Translations under genes and position numbers: made by a program
Shown: in pieces, positions 51,520-59,248 of the stretch
Layout: every line of letters begins with the position of its first letter
Position numbering within the stretch: position 1 is the stretch's first letter
The notes under the pieces: model-generated
Told to the model about the DNA's origin: nothing
Seen by the model: the letters and a program-made list of their open reading frames with translations, nothing else
Database searches by the model: none
Origin: Treponemataceae bacterium
GTDB lineage: Bacteria > Spirochaetota > Spirochaetia > Treponematales > Rectinemataceae
DNA: 64,000 nt
Reading direction: 5' to 3'
Assembly: GCA_963677895.2 (NCBI GenBank)
Contig: CAXXGJ010000025.1
Span: 1-64,000 of the forward strand

Positions 51520-52244
51520 GAAGACGCCTTTTCTTCGGCCCGGTAATTTTCGACGATCTTTCCGTCCTTGAGCCTAATGACATGGTCGGCGATGTCGACG
51601 ATGCCCTGATCGTGGGTGCTGAATATGAATGTCGTCCCGAACTCGCGGTTCATGCGCTTCATCAGGGCGAGAATGCTCTCGCCCGTCGCCGAATCGAGGT
51701 TGGCGGTCGGCTCGTCGGCGAGGACTATGGGCGGCCTCATGACGAGGGCCCGGGCTATGGCGATCCTCTGGCGCTGGCCGCCGGAAAGCTCGGCCGGTTT
51801 ATGCTTCATCCTGTCGGCGAGCCCCACGCTCTCGATGAGATGGTCCACCCACTCCTGTCGCTCGTTTTTGGGCATATCGAGGTCAGAGCCGTCGAGGAGG
51901 GCCGGAAGCTCGACATTTTCGCGTATGTTGAGGACGGGGATGAGGTTGAAGGTCTGAAAAATGAAGCCGATGCCCTTATGGCGCAGCGCGGTGAGTTTTT
52001 CGTCGCCGAGGCTGTCGGTGCGCTGGCCGAGGATGGTCACGCTGCCCGAGCTGGCCGTGTCGACGCAGCCGATGAGATTCAGCACCGTGGTCTTTCCCGA
52101 ACCGGAGGGGCCGGCGATCGATATGAAATCGCCCTTGAGGATATCGAAGCTCACGCCCTGCAGGGCGAGGACCTCGGTTTTTCCCAGGGCATAGCTTTTA
52201 TGAACATCGTTGAGCCGCACGACATACTGATTTTGTCCGTCCAC
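51516..52244 (-). CDS. ABC transporter ATP-binding protein (LolD/MacB type)
   Basis: GPSGSGKT, GFIFQTFNL, LSGGQRQR, LADEPTANLD, STHD. Confidence 0.94.
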   Translation of the reverse strand: MDGQNQYVVRLNDVHKSYALGKTEVLALQGVSFDILKGDFISIAGPSGSGKTTVLNLIGCVDTASSGSVTILGQRTDSLGDEKLTALRHKGIGFIFQTFNLIPVLNIRENVELPALLDGSDLDMPKNERQEWVDHLIESVGLADRMKHKPAELSGGQRQRIAIARALVMRPPIVLADEPTANLDSATGESILALMKRMNREFGTTFIFSTHDQGIVDIADHVIRLKDGKIVENYRAEEKASS

Positions 52245-52432
52245 GAATTCCTCCAGGCCATTTCAAAAAACGAAGCCTTACGATCAGGTAGAGCGTATAC
52301 CGACCGCGCCTTTTATTCCATGAAACATTTATTAAAAAATATAACAACGGCGCGCCGCGGCAGCCCTAGCCGCTCGCTATCGCGCCGCCCTACCCGCTTG
52401 CGCCGCCGCCCGCCAATGCGCCTCCGGTGACT

Positions 52433-52461
52433 TTCAATAAAAGCGTTTATTCCTATATACT
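52433..52461 (+). promoter_or_regulatory. Putative sigma70 promoter of the ubiD operon (very short leader)
   Basis: TTCAAT-17 nt-TATACT, ending 9 nt before ATG 52471; no SD. Confidence 0.5.
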
Positions 52462-52470
52462 ATTGCCATT

Positions 52471-53930
52471 ATGGCATATGAAAACTTGCAGGGGTTTGTC
52501 TCGGCCCTCGAATCGGCGGGCGAGCTGAGGCGCGTGAAGGTCGAGGTCGACCCCATCCTCGAGATAACGGAAATCGCCGACAGGGTGATGCGCGACGGCG
52601 GTCCCGGCCCTCCTTTTCGAAAAGGTGAAGGGATCGGAATGGCCCCTCCTCATCAACGCGATGGGATCGGAATCGCGGATGGCCATGGCCCTCGGCGCCG
52701 AAAGCCTCGACGCCAAGTCGAAGGAAATCGAGGATCTTCTCGGCTGGGCCTGGAAACAGGTCCGGGGCTTCTCCCTTTTCACCGCCATTCCCGGCGCCCT
52801 CCCCAAGCTGCCCATAGCGAAATCCCTCCTGCCCAAAAAAGTCGGCCACCCCCTGTGCAGGCAGGTCATCGACGACGAGGCGGGCTTCGACAGCCTCCCC
52901 GTCCTCAAGTGCTGGCCGGGAGACGGAGGGCGCTTCTTCACCCTGCCCGTCGTCTGCACGATGGACCCGGAAACGGGCGCCCAGAACTGGGGCATGTACA
53001 GAATGCAGGTCTACGACGACAGGACGGCGGGAATGCACTGGCACCTCCACAAGGACGGAGCCCATTTCTTCGAGAAATACCGGGCTCGCGGGGAGAGGAT
53101 GCCTGTCGCGGTGACGCTGGGCTCCGATCCCGCCGTCACCTATTCCTCGACGGCCCCCCTGCCCGAAGGCATATGGGAGGCGATGTTCGCCGGGATTCCT
53201 GCGCGGCAAGAGCTGCGAAGTGACGAAGGCGAGCCTCTCGGACATACAGATTCCCGCCGACGCGGAATTCGTCCTCGAAGGCTACGTCGACCCGGAGGAG
53301 ACGAGGCTTGAAGGCCCCTTCGGCGACCATACGGGCTTCTACTCCCTGCCCGACCAGTACCCCGTCTTTCACCTGGAACGCATAACTCGAAGGAAAAATC
53401 CGATATTCCCCGCCACCATCGTCGGCATTCCTCCCAAGGAAGACTGCTACATGGCGAAGGCCACGGAGCGGCTTTTCCTCCCCCTTTTGAGACAGCTCTG
53501 CCCCGAAATCACCGATCTCACGATGCCTCTCGAGGGCGTCTTCCACAACTGCGTCATCGTCTCGATCAAGAAACGTTTCCCCGGCCATGCCCGCAAGGTC
53601 ATGGATTTCATCTGGGGAATGGGCCAGATGATGTATACGAAGCTCATCGTCGTCGTCGACGACGACATTAGCCTGAAAAACCTCTCCCTCGTCGCGTGGA
53701 AGGTCTTCAACAACATCGACGCGGGGCGCGACCTCGTTCTGTCTCAGGGCCCCTTGGATGCCCTCGACCATTCCTCGCCCCAGCCCCGCTTCGGCACGCG
53801 CCTCGGCGTCGACGCCACGAAAAAATGGCCCGAGGAAGGCCACGGCAGGGAATGGCCCGAACCCCTCGCCATGAGCCCGGATATCGTCCAGCGCGTCGAC
53901 GCCCGGTGGAAAGACTATGGCATCGACTGA
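52471..53930 (+). CDS. ubiD: UbiD-family prFMN decarboxylase (MqnL/SCO4490-like); two +1 frameshifts (near 52604 and 53193)
   Basis: Three consecutive frames join into one UbiD: VDPILEITEIADR, GPALLFEKV, LPVLKCWPGDGG, YRMQV, GMHW..HKDGA, EGPFGDHTGFY, GPLDALDH, GVDATKK. Confidence 0.9.
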
Positions 53931-54840
53931 GCCCTCCGCCGACGGCCCAGGCAGCGCCCCGGACCGGCGTTCAGGCGGCGGTTTCGGCCGCCGGCTCGCC
54001 CTCGTGGGCGACGCGGTCATGATACGGCACACCTTGTTTTCGCTTCCCTTCGCGGTCACTGCAGTGCTGCTCGAGACGGCGGGCCGCCCCCCCGCGGCCA
54101 AGCTTTTCTGGATCGTCGTCGCCGCCTTCGGGGCGCGAAACGCCGCCAACGCCCTCAACAGGCTCATCGACCACCGAATCGACGCCAAAAATCCGCGGAC
54201 CGCCGGCCGGCACCTTCCCAAGGGAGCGCTCTCCAGGAAGGAACTCTGGGCCTTCACCGCGGCCATGCTGGCCCTCCTCGTCCTCGGGGCGGCCATGCTC
54301 AACCCCCTCTGCCTCGCCCTCCTTCCCGCCGCGGGTTTTCTCGTCGCGGGCTATTCCTATACCAAGCGTTTCACCTGGCTCTGCCATTTCTGGCTTGGAC
54401 TGACCTGTTCGGCCGCCACGATGGGCGCCTTCCTGGGCGTTTCAGGAGCCTTTCACCTCCGCTACTTCCCCCTCGTGGCCAGCGTGGCGCTTTGGGTGGC
54501 CGGCTTCGATATCCTCTATGCCGTACAGGACATCGAGTTCGATCGCGGCGAAAAACTCCACTCGGTCCCCGCCCGTTTCGGCGCAAAAGGCGCGCGGATC
54601 ATCGCCGCCGGTTGCCATCTCCTCGCCGCAGGAGGACTGGCCAGCGTCCTCCTGTTCTGGCCGGCGACCGGCGCCGTTACGGTCGTCACGCTTCTCGCCT
54701 GCGCCTCCCTCCTCTCGGCCGAGCACGTCGTCGCGTTGGGCGGCACGGAAAAGCACGTGAAAATAGCGGCCTATGGAATCAACGAGATAATACCGCTTCT
54801 CTTTCTCTTCGGTGTTGCCCTCGATATATATCTGATATAG
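53917..54840 (+). CDS. ubiA: UbiA-family aromatic polyprenyltransferase (MqnP-like)
   Basis: HTLFSLPFA, NRLIDHRIDAKNPRTAGRHLP, YSYTKRFT.LCH and WVAGFDILYA.QDIEFD. Confidence 0.9.
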   Translation: MASTEPSADGPGSAPDRRSGGGFGRRLALVGDAVMIRHTLFSLPFAVTAVLLETAGRPPAAKLFWIVVAAFGARNAANALNRLIDHRIDAKNPRTAGRHLPKGALSRKELWAFTAAMLALLVLGAAMLNPLCLALLPAAGFLVAGYSYTKRFTWLCHFWLGLTCSAATMGAFLGVSGAFHLRYFPLVASVALWVAGFDILYAVQDIEFDRGEKLHSVPARFGAKGARIIAAGCHLLAAGGLASVLLFWPATGAVTVVTLLACASLLSAEHVVALGGTEKHVKIAAYGINEIIPLLFLFGVALDIYLI

Positions 54841-54851
54841 ACTAGATCCAG

Positions 54852-55451
54852 ATGGAACGTTATCTCGTCTGCATCACCGGAGCCTCTGGTGCGCTGTATT
54901 CCCTCCGCCTCATCTCCGCCCTGGCGGCGAAAGGCGTCATCCTCCATCTAGCCTGTTCTCCCTGGGGAGCGCGCGTAATCCTCGAAGAGACGGAAAGGCC
55001 GCTCGGCTACTGGCTCGGCAAGATCAGGGCATCGGGTGGCCCCGGCAGATCGCCCGCCATCATAAAGCTTCACCCTTCAGACGACTTTTCCTCCCCCGTG
55101 GCATCGGGTTCCTTCAGATTGAACGGCACGGTGATCCTTCCCTGCTCGACGGGCACGCTCGGCAGCATAGCCTCGGGAGTATCGGCCAATCTGATCCATC
55201 GCGCGGGCAGCGTCGCGCTCAAGGAAGGCTGGCCGCTCATACTCGTCCCCCGGGAAACGCCGCTCTCCCTCGTCACCATGAAAGCCTTCGTCTCCCTCAA
55301 GGAAGCGGGAGCGGTGATCATGCCCGCCTGCCCCAGCTTCTACAGCAAGCCTCAGTCGATTGAACAGCTGGCCGACACTGTGATAAACAGAATCATGGAT
55401 CGTCTCGGCGTTCCCGACGAAGGCGCGTACCGATGGAACGAGGCATTCTGA
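54852..55451 (+). CDS. ubiX: UbiX-family flavin prenyltransferase (MqnM-like)
   Basis: ITGASGA, ASGS, PCSTGTL, LVPRETP and P.FYSKP motifs. Confidence 0.93.
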   Translation: MERYLVCITGASGALYSLRLISALAAKGVILHLACSPWGARVILEETERPLGYWLGKIRASGGPGRSPAIIKLHPSDDFSSPVASGSFRLNGTVILPCSTGTLGSIASGVSANLIHRAGSVALKEGWPLILVPRETPLSLVTMKAFVSLKEAGAVIMPACPSFYSKPQSIEQLADTVINRIMDRLGVPDEGAYRWNEAF

Positions 55452-55465
55452 AAGGAGCTTCCATA

Positions 55466-56425
55466 ATGACAATGAAAAAATTCGCTTTTCTCGCGGCAGC
55501 CTTCCTGCTGCTCGCGGGGCTGTCCGCGGCTAAGATAGAGGCGCAATCGCAGGCGCAGACCTCGACTGGCAAAAACGCCCTCAGGCTCGGGATTTTCGCC
55601 GATGCCGACTCCCTTCCCTTCATGCTCTGCGAAACAGAGGATCTCTTCGCCCAGGAAGGCGTCGACGTGCAGCTCATCCGCTTCCAGAGCGCCGTCGAAC
55701 GCGATTCGGCCTTTCAGGCGGGATCCGTCGACGGAGTCATCTCGGATGTCCTCGCCGTGATGCTTTCGGTGCAGGGAGGTTTCCCCGTCAAGATCACCAG
55801 CCTCACCGACGGAAGGTATGGAATAGCCGTCGCCCCTGGCCTCGCCGCGAACAGTCTCGCCGACCTCGCGGGAAAACCCATCGGCATATCCAGCAACTCC
55901 GTCATCCATTATATGGTGGACAGTTTCATGGCCGCGGCCGGAGTCCCCGCCGCTGAGATAAACCTGATGCCGGTGCCCAAAATGCCCGTCCGCCTCGAAA
56001 TGGTCCTTGCGGGACAGACCGCCGGCGCCGGCATGCCCGAACCATTCCTGACGACGGCCAGAGTGCGCGGGGCAAAAATCATCGCCACCACCGACGACTA
56101 CGGACTCGGCGCGGGCATCCTCGCCTTTTCACAGAACGCCCTGGCATCCAAGCAGGGGGAGATCACCAAACTCTACAAGGCTTACTGGAAGGCTGCACAG
56201 AAAATCAACGCCGACCCCGACGCGTACCGCCCGCTCCTGGTAAAGAAAGCGGGATTTTCGGAGGAAGCCGCCAAGGCCTTTATTTTCGTGGTATACAAGA
56301 AACCCCGGCTTCCCTCCATGGGAGACCTGGAGCGCGCCGCCTCCTGGCTGACGGCCAAAGGTCTTCTAAAGAAGACGATCGATCCCGCCTCGCTCCTGGA
56401 AAAGCGCCCCATCGAAGGATTCTGA
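55466..56425 (+). CDS. ABC transporter substrate-binding protein (SsuA/TauA/THI5-like)
   Basis: Signal peptide; DSLPF...F..EGVDV.L..F.SA.ERDSA.QAG.VDG; PEPF; SD AAGGAG. Confidence 0.85.
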   Translation: MTMKKFAFLAAAFLLLAGLSAAKIEAQSQAQTSTGKNALRLGIFADADSLPFMLCETEDLFAQEGVDVQLIRFQSAVERDSAFQAGSVDGVISDVLAVMLSVQGGFPVKITSLTDGRYGIAVAPGLAANSLADLAGKPIGISSNSVIHYMVDSFMAAAGVPAAEINLMPVPKMPVRLEMVLAGQTAGAGMPEPFLTTARVRGAKIIATTDDYGLGAGILAFSQNALASKQGEITKLYKAYWKAAQKINADPDAYRPLLVKKAGFSEEAAKAFIFVVYKKPRLPSMGDLERAASWLTAKGLLKKTIDPASLLEKRPIEGF

Positions 56426-56434
56426 CAGCGGTCC

Positions 56435-58123
56435 ATGATGAACTACCCCATGGTCAAGCTCGATAAAGTCTCGTTTTCCTATCGCCTCAAGGAGAGAGCC
56501 CTCCCCGTCCTGTCGGATATCAGCGTGAACTTCGAGCGCGGCTCCATAACGGCCATCGTCGGCCGCTCCGGCTGCGGCAAGACAAGCCTCCTGCGCATCA
56601 TCGCCGGGCTTTCCTCCCCTACCGAGGGCTGGGTGTCCGTGGGCGGCGAAGCGGGCGGCGCGATCAGGGCCAAGACGGCCCTCATCTTTCAGGACTACGG
56701 GCTTCTTCCCTGGGCAAGCGTTCAGGCCAACGCCGAACTGGGCTTGAGAACGAGGGGAATGAGCGCGGCCGAACGCAGGTCCAGAGTGAACCCCATCCTC
56801 GCCGAGCTGGGTCTCGAACCTTTTGCCAGGCTTTATCCCGCGAGACTCTCGGGCGGAATGCGGCAACGCGTCGCCGTGGCTCGCGCCCTCGCATCGGACA
56901 GCGACCTTCTCCTTCTGGACGAACCATTCTCCAGCCTCGATGCCCTCACGAGGGAATCCCTACAGGAAACCCTTCTCGAAACCCAGCGCAGGCACGGCAC
57001 CACGGTTATTCTCGTCACGCACTCCATCGAGGAAGCGGCCTATCTGGCTGACACAATCTACATCCTGGACGGAAAGAACCCCTCCACCCTTTCGGCCCGC
57101 TTCGATACGGACCGAAGACGGAGCGCCTTCCCCGCCCGCCCCTCCGGAATCGCTTCGGATGGTACCGACGCTTCGCCCGCGGACTCGGTTCCGGCATCCC
57201 GGAATTCCCCGACATCGGACGCGGCGGCGACCTCCTACAGGGAAAGCAGCCATTACTTTTCGAATGTGGCGACGCTCCGCCATCTCTTCGCCCATCCCCC
57301 CGGCGGAGCGGAGAAGACGGAGAGCGAAATCCTGGAGGATGGCTCGCCGTCCCCCGCCCATGTCCGGGCGATCGGCTTCATGGCGAGACTCGGCAAGATT
57401 GTCCTGGCGGCTTCGGCGATCGCCATTCTCTGGGCCGGCCTTTCCTCCATTCTCAAAAAGCCCTTCCTGCCCTCTCCAATTCTCGCGGCGAGCCGTTTCG
57501 GCGAAAAAATCGCCGACGGAACGCTTTTCGTCCACATCGGCGCATCGCTGAGACGTATTTTCCTTGCCCTGATCGTCGCCGGCCCTCCCGCCTGGGCGCT
57601 CGGCCTGCTTTCGGGGCGCGTTAAGGCGGCGGATACAATAGCATCGCCCCTCGTCTACCTTCTCCACCCCCTGCCTAAAGTGGCTTTCCTGCCGATATTG
57701 ATGCTGTTCTTCGGACTGGGGGACGCCTCCAAGGTGGCGCTCATGGGAATGGTTATCTTCGGACAGCTTTTCGTCGGAGGAAGGGACTCGGCCAAGGCAA
57801 TATCCTCATCGCTCATCGATACGGTCCGTTCATTGGGTGTCCGCGGCGGAGGAATTCTGCGCTATGCCATCCTGCCCGCTACCCTTCCATCCCTTCTATC
57901 GTCGCTGAGGATCAGCCTCGGCACGGCCATCGCCGTGCTTTTTCTGTCCGAAACCTTCGCGTCGATGGACGGCCTTGGCTGGTACATCATGGATTCATGG
58001 TCCCGAGTGGACTATCCCGACATGTACGCGGCCATCATCGCCCTCTCCCTCGTCGGCCTCGTACTCTACCTCGCCCTGGACGCCCTCGAAATCCTCGCCC
58101 TCCGCTGGCGCGAAACCGACTGA
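56435..58123 (+). CDS. Fused ABC ATPase-permease (SsuB/TauB + SsuC/TauC type)
   Basis: GRSGCGKT, FQDYGLLPW, LSGGMRQR, DEPFSSLD and VTHSIEEA; low-complexity linker; then LPSP, SLRR, PLPKVAFLP, ILPATLP and GLGWYI in one frame. Confidence 0.85.
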   Translation: MMNYPMVKLDKVSFSYRLKERALPVLSDISVNFERGSITAIVGRSGCGKTSLLRIIAGLSSPTEGWVSVGGEAGGAIRAKTALIFQDYGLLPWASVQANAELGLRTRGMSAAERRSRVNPILAELGLEPFARLYPARLSGGMRQRVAVARALASDSDLLLLDEPFSSLDALTRESLQETLLETQRRHGTTVILVTHSIEEAAYLADTIYILDGKNPSTLSARFDTDRRRSAFPARPSGIASDGTDASPADSVPASRNSPTSDAAATSYRESSHYFSNVATLRHLFAHPPGGAEKTESEILEDGSPSPAHVRAIGFMARLGKIVLAASAIAILWAGLSSILKKPFLPSPILAASRFGEKIADGTLFVHIGASLRRIFLALIVAGPPAWALGLLSGRVKAADTIASPLVYLLHPLPKVAFLPILMLFFGLGDASKVALMGMVIFGQLFVGGRDSAKAISSSLIDTVRSLGVRGGGILRYAILPATLPSLLSSLRISLGTAIAVLFLSETFASMDGLGWYIMDSWSRVDYPDMYAAIIALSLVGLVLYLALDALEILALRWRETD

Positions 58124-58129
58124 GATTTT

Positions 58130-59233
58130 CTACTCGGCCGCCTCGGGCAGCACACGCACGAGCGATTCGTTGAAACCGATCGACACGGGCTCGCCTTCGC
58201 CGGCAATGCGCTTTTCAGCCGGATCGTCAACCTGCACGAGAATTTCCCCGTACTGTGTCTTCACGAAGACCTCCACGCTCGACCCCAGATAGACCCGCGC
58301 CGAAACCGTACCCTCGGCCAATCCCTGCCCCGGGCTGTGGAGACGCAGCGATTCGGGCCTCGCCATGATCACCGCCTTGTCCCCCGCGGCTAGCCCATCC
58401 GCCTTATGCCCCGCTTTGACCTTTCTTCCGGCGAGAGAGCACTGACAGGAACCGTCCGCCTCGACCGCGTCCAGCGTCACCGGGAAAAACGCCACCTTGC
58501 CCACGAATCCGGCCACGAAGACCGAATTGGGTTTTTCGTAGATATCGCTGGGCGAGCCGATCTGCCTGACGAGGCCGTTTTTCATGACGATAACTCTGTC
58601 CGAAAGACTCATGGCTTCGATCCTGTCGTGCGTGACGTAAATCGCCGTAATGCCGAGCGTTTTCTGGATTTTCCGGATCTCTATGCGCATCTGCTCGCGC
58701 AGGAGGGCGTCCAGATTGGAGAGCGGCTCGTCGAGGAGGAGGACCTGGGGCTCGACGACAAGACATCGAGCGAGAGCGACGCGCTGCTGCTGGCCGCCAG
58801 AAAGCCTCCCCGGCGAGCGCTTGGCCAGGTCGGCCAGGCCCACCAGATCGAGGGCTTTCTTCACCCTTTCCTGAATTTCGGATGCCGGCCGCTTGCGGAT
58901 CTTGAGTCCGTAGGCCACGTTTTCCTCGACATTGAAATGGGGGAAAAGCCCATAGGACTGAAAAACCGTCGCCGTCTCGCGGCCGTTGGGCGGCAGATAG
59001 GTGACGTCGTTGCCTCCGATGAGGATCTTGCCCTTCGTGGGTAGCTCGAAACCGCCGATCATGCGCAAGGTCGTCGTCTTCCCGCAGCCGGAAGGCCCGA
59101 GAAGCGTGACGAGCTCGCCGGGCTGGATTTCGAAGTTCGCGTCCCGGACCGCGTGGACTTCGGCCTTGGTCTTGGGATCCCTGAAAGTCTTGGACACCAT
59201 TTCGAGCTTAACAGGTACTGATTGTGCTGCCAT
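58130..59233 (-). CDS. ABC transporter ATP-binding protein (AfuC/FbpC/PotA type with TOBE domain)
   Basis: [38 protein letters not shown]. Confidence 0.93.
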   Translation of the reverse strand: MAAQSVPVKLEMVSKTFRDPKTKAEVHAVRDANFEIQPGELVTLLGPSGCGKTTTLRMIGGFELPTKGKILIGGNDVTYLPPNGRETATVFQSYGLFPHFNVEENVAYGLKIRKRPASEIQERVKKALDLVGLADLAKRSPGRLSGGQQQRVALARCLVVEPQVLLLDEPLSNLDALLREQMRIEIRKIQKTLGITAIYVTHDRIEAMSLSDRVIVMKNGLVRQIGSPSDIYEKPNSVFVAGFVGKVAFFPVTLDAVEADGSCQCSLAGRKVKAGHKADGLAAGDKAVIMARPESLRLHSPGQGLAEGTVSARVYLGSSVEVFVKTQYGEILVQVDDPAEKRIAGEGEPVSIGFNESLVRVLPEAAE

Positions 59234-59248
59234 TCTGAAATCCTTTCC

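Noticed and set aside
52350..52425. GC-rich imperfect direct repeat (gccctagccgctcgc / gccctacccgcttgc) between divergent promoters
   Set aside because: Only two degenerate low-complexity copies; cannot be distinguished from slippage noise.
52471..53930. ubiD as three genes or a phase-variable gene
   Set aside because: The fragments join into one UbiD after removing one C (52603-05) and one G (53192-94). The runs are only 3 nt, too short for phase variation.
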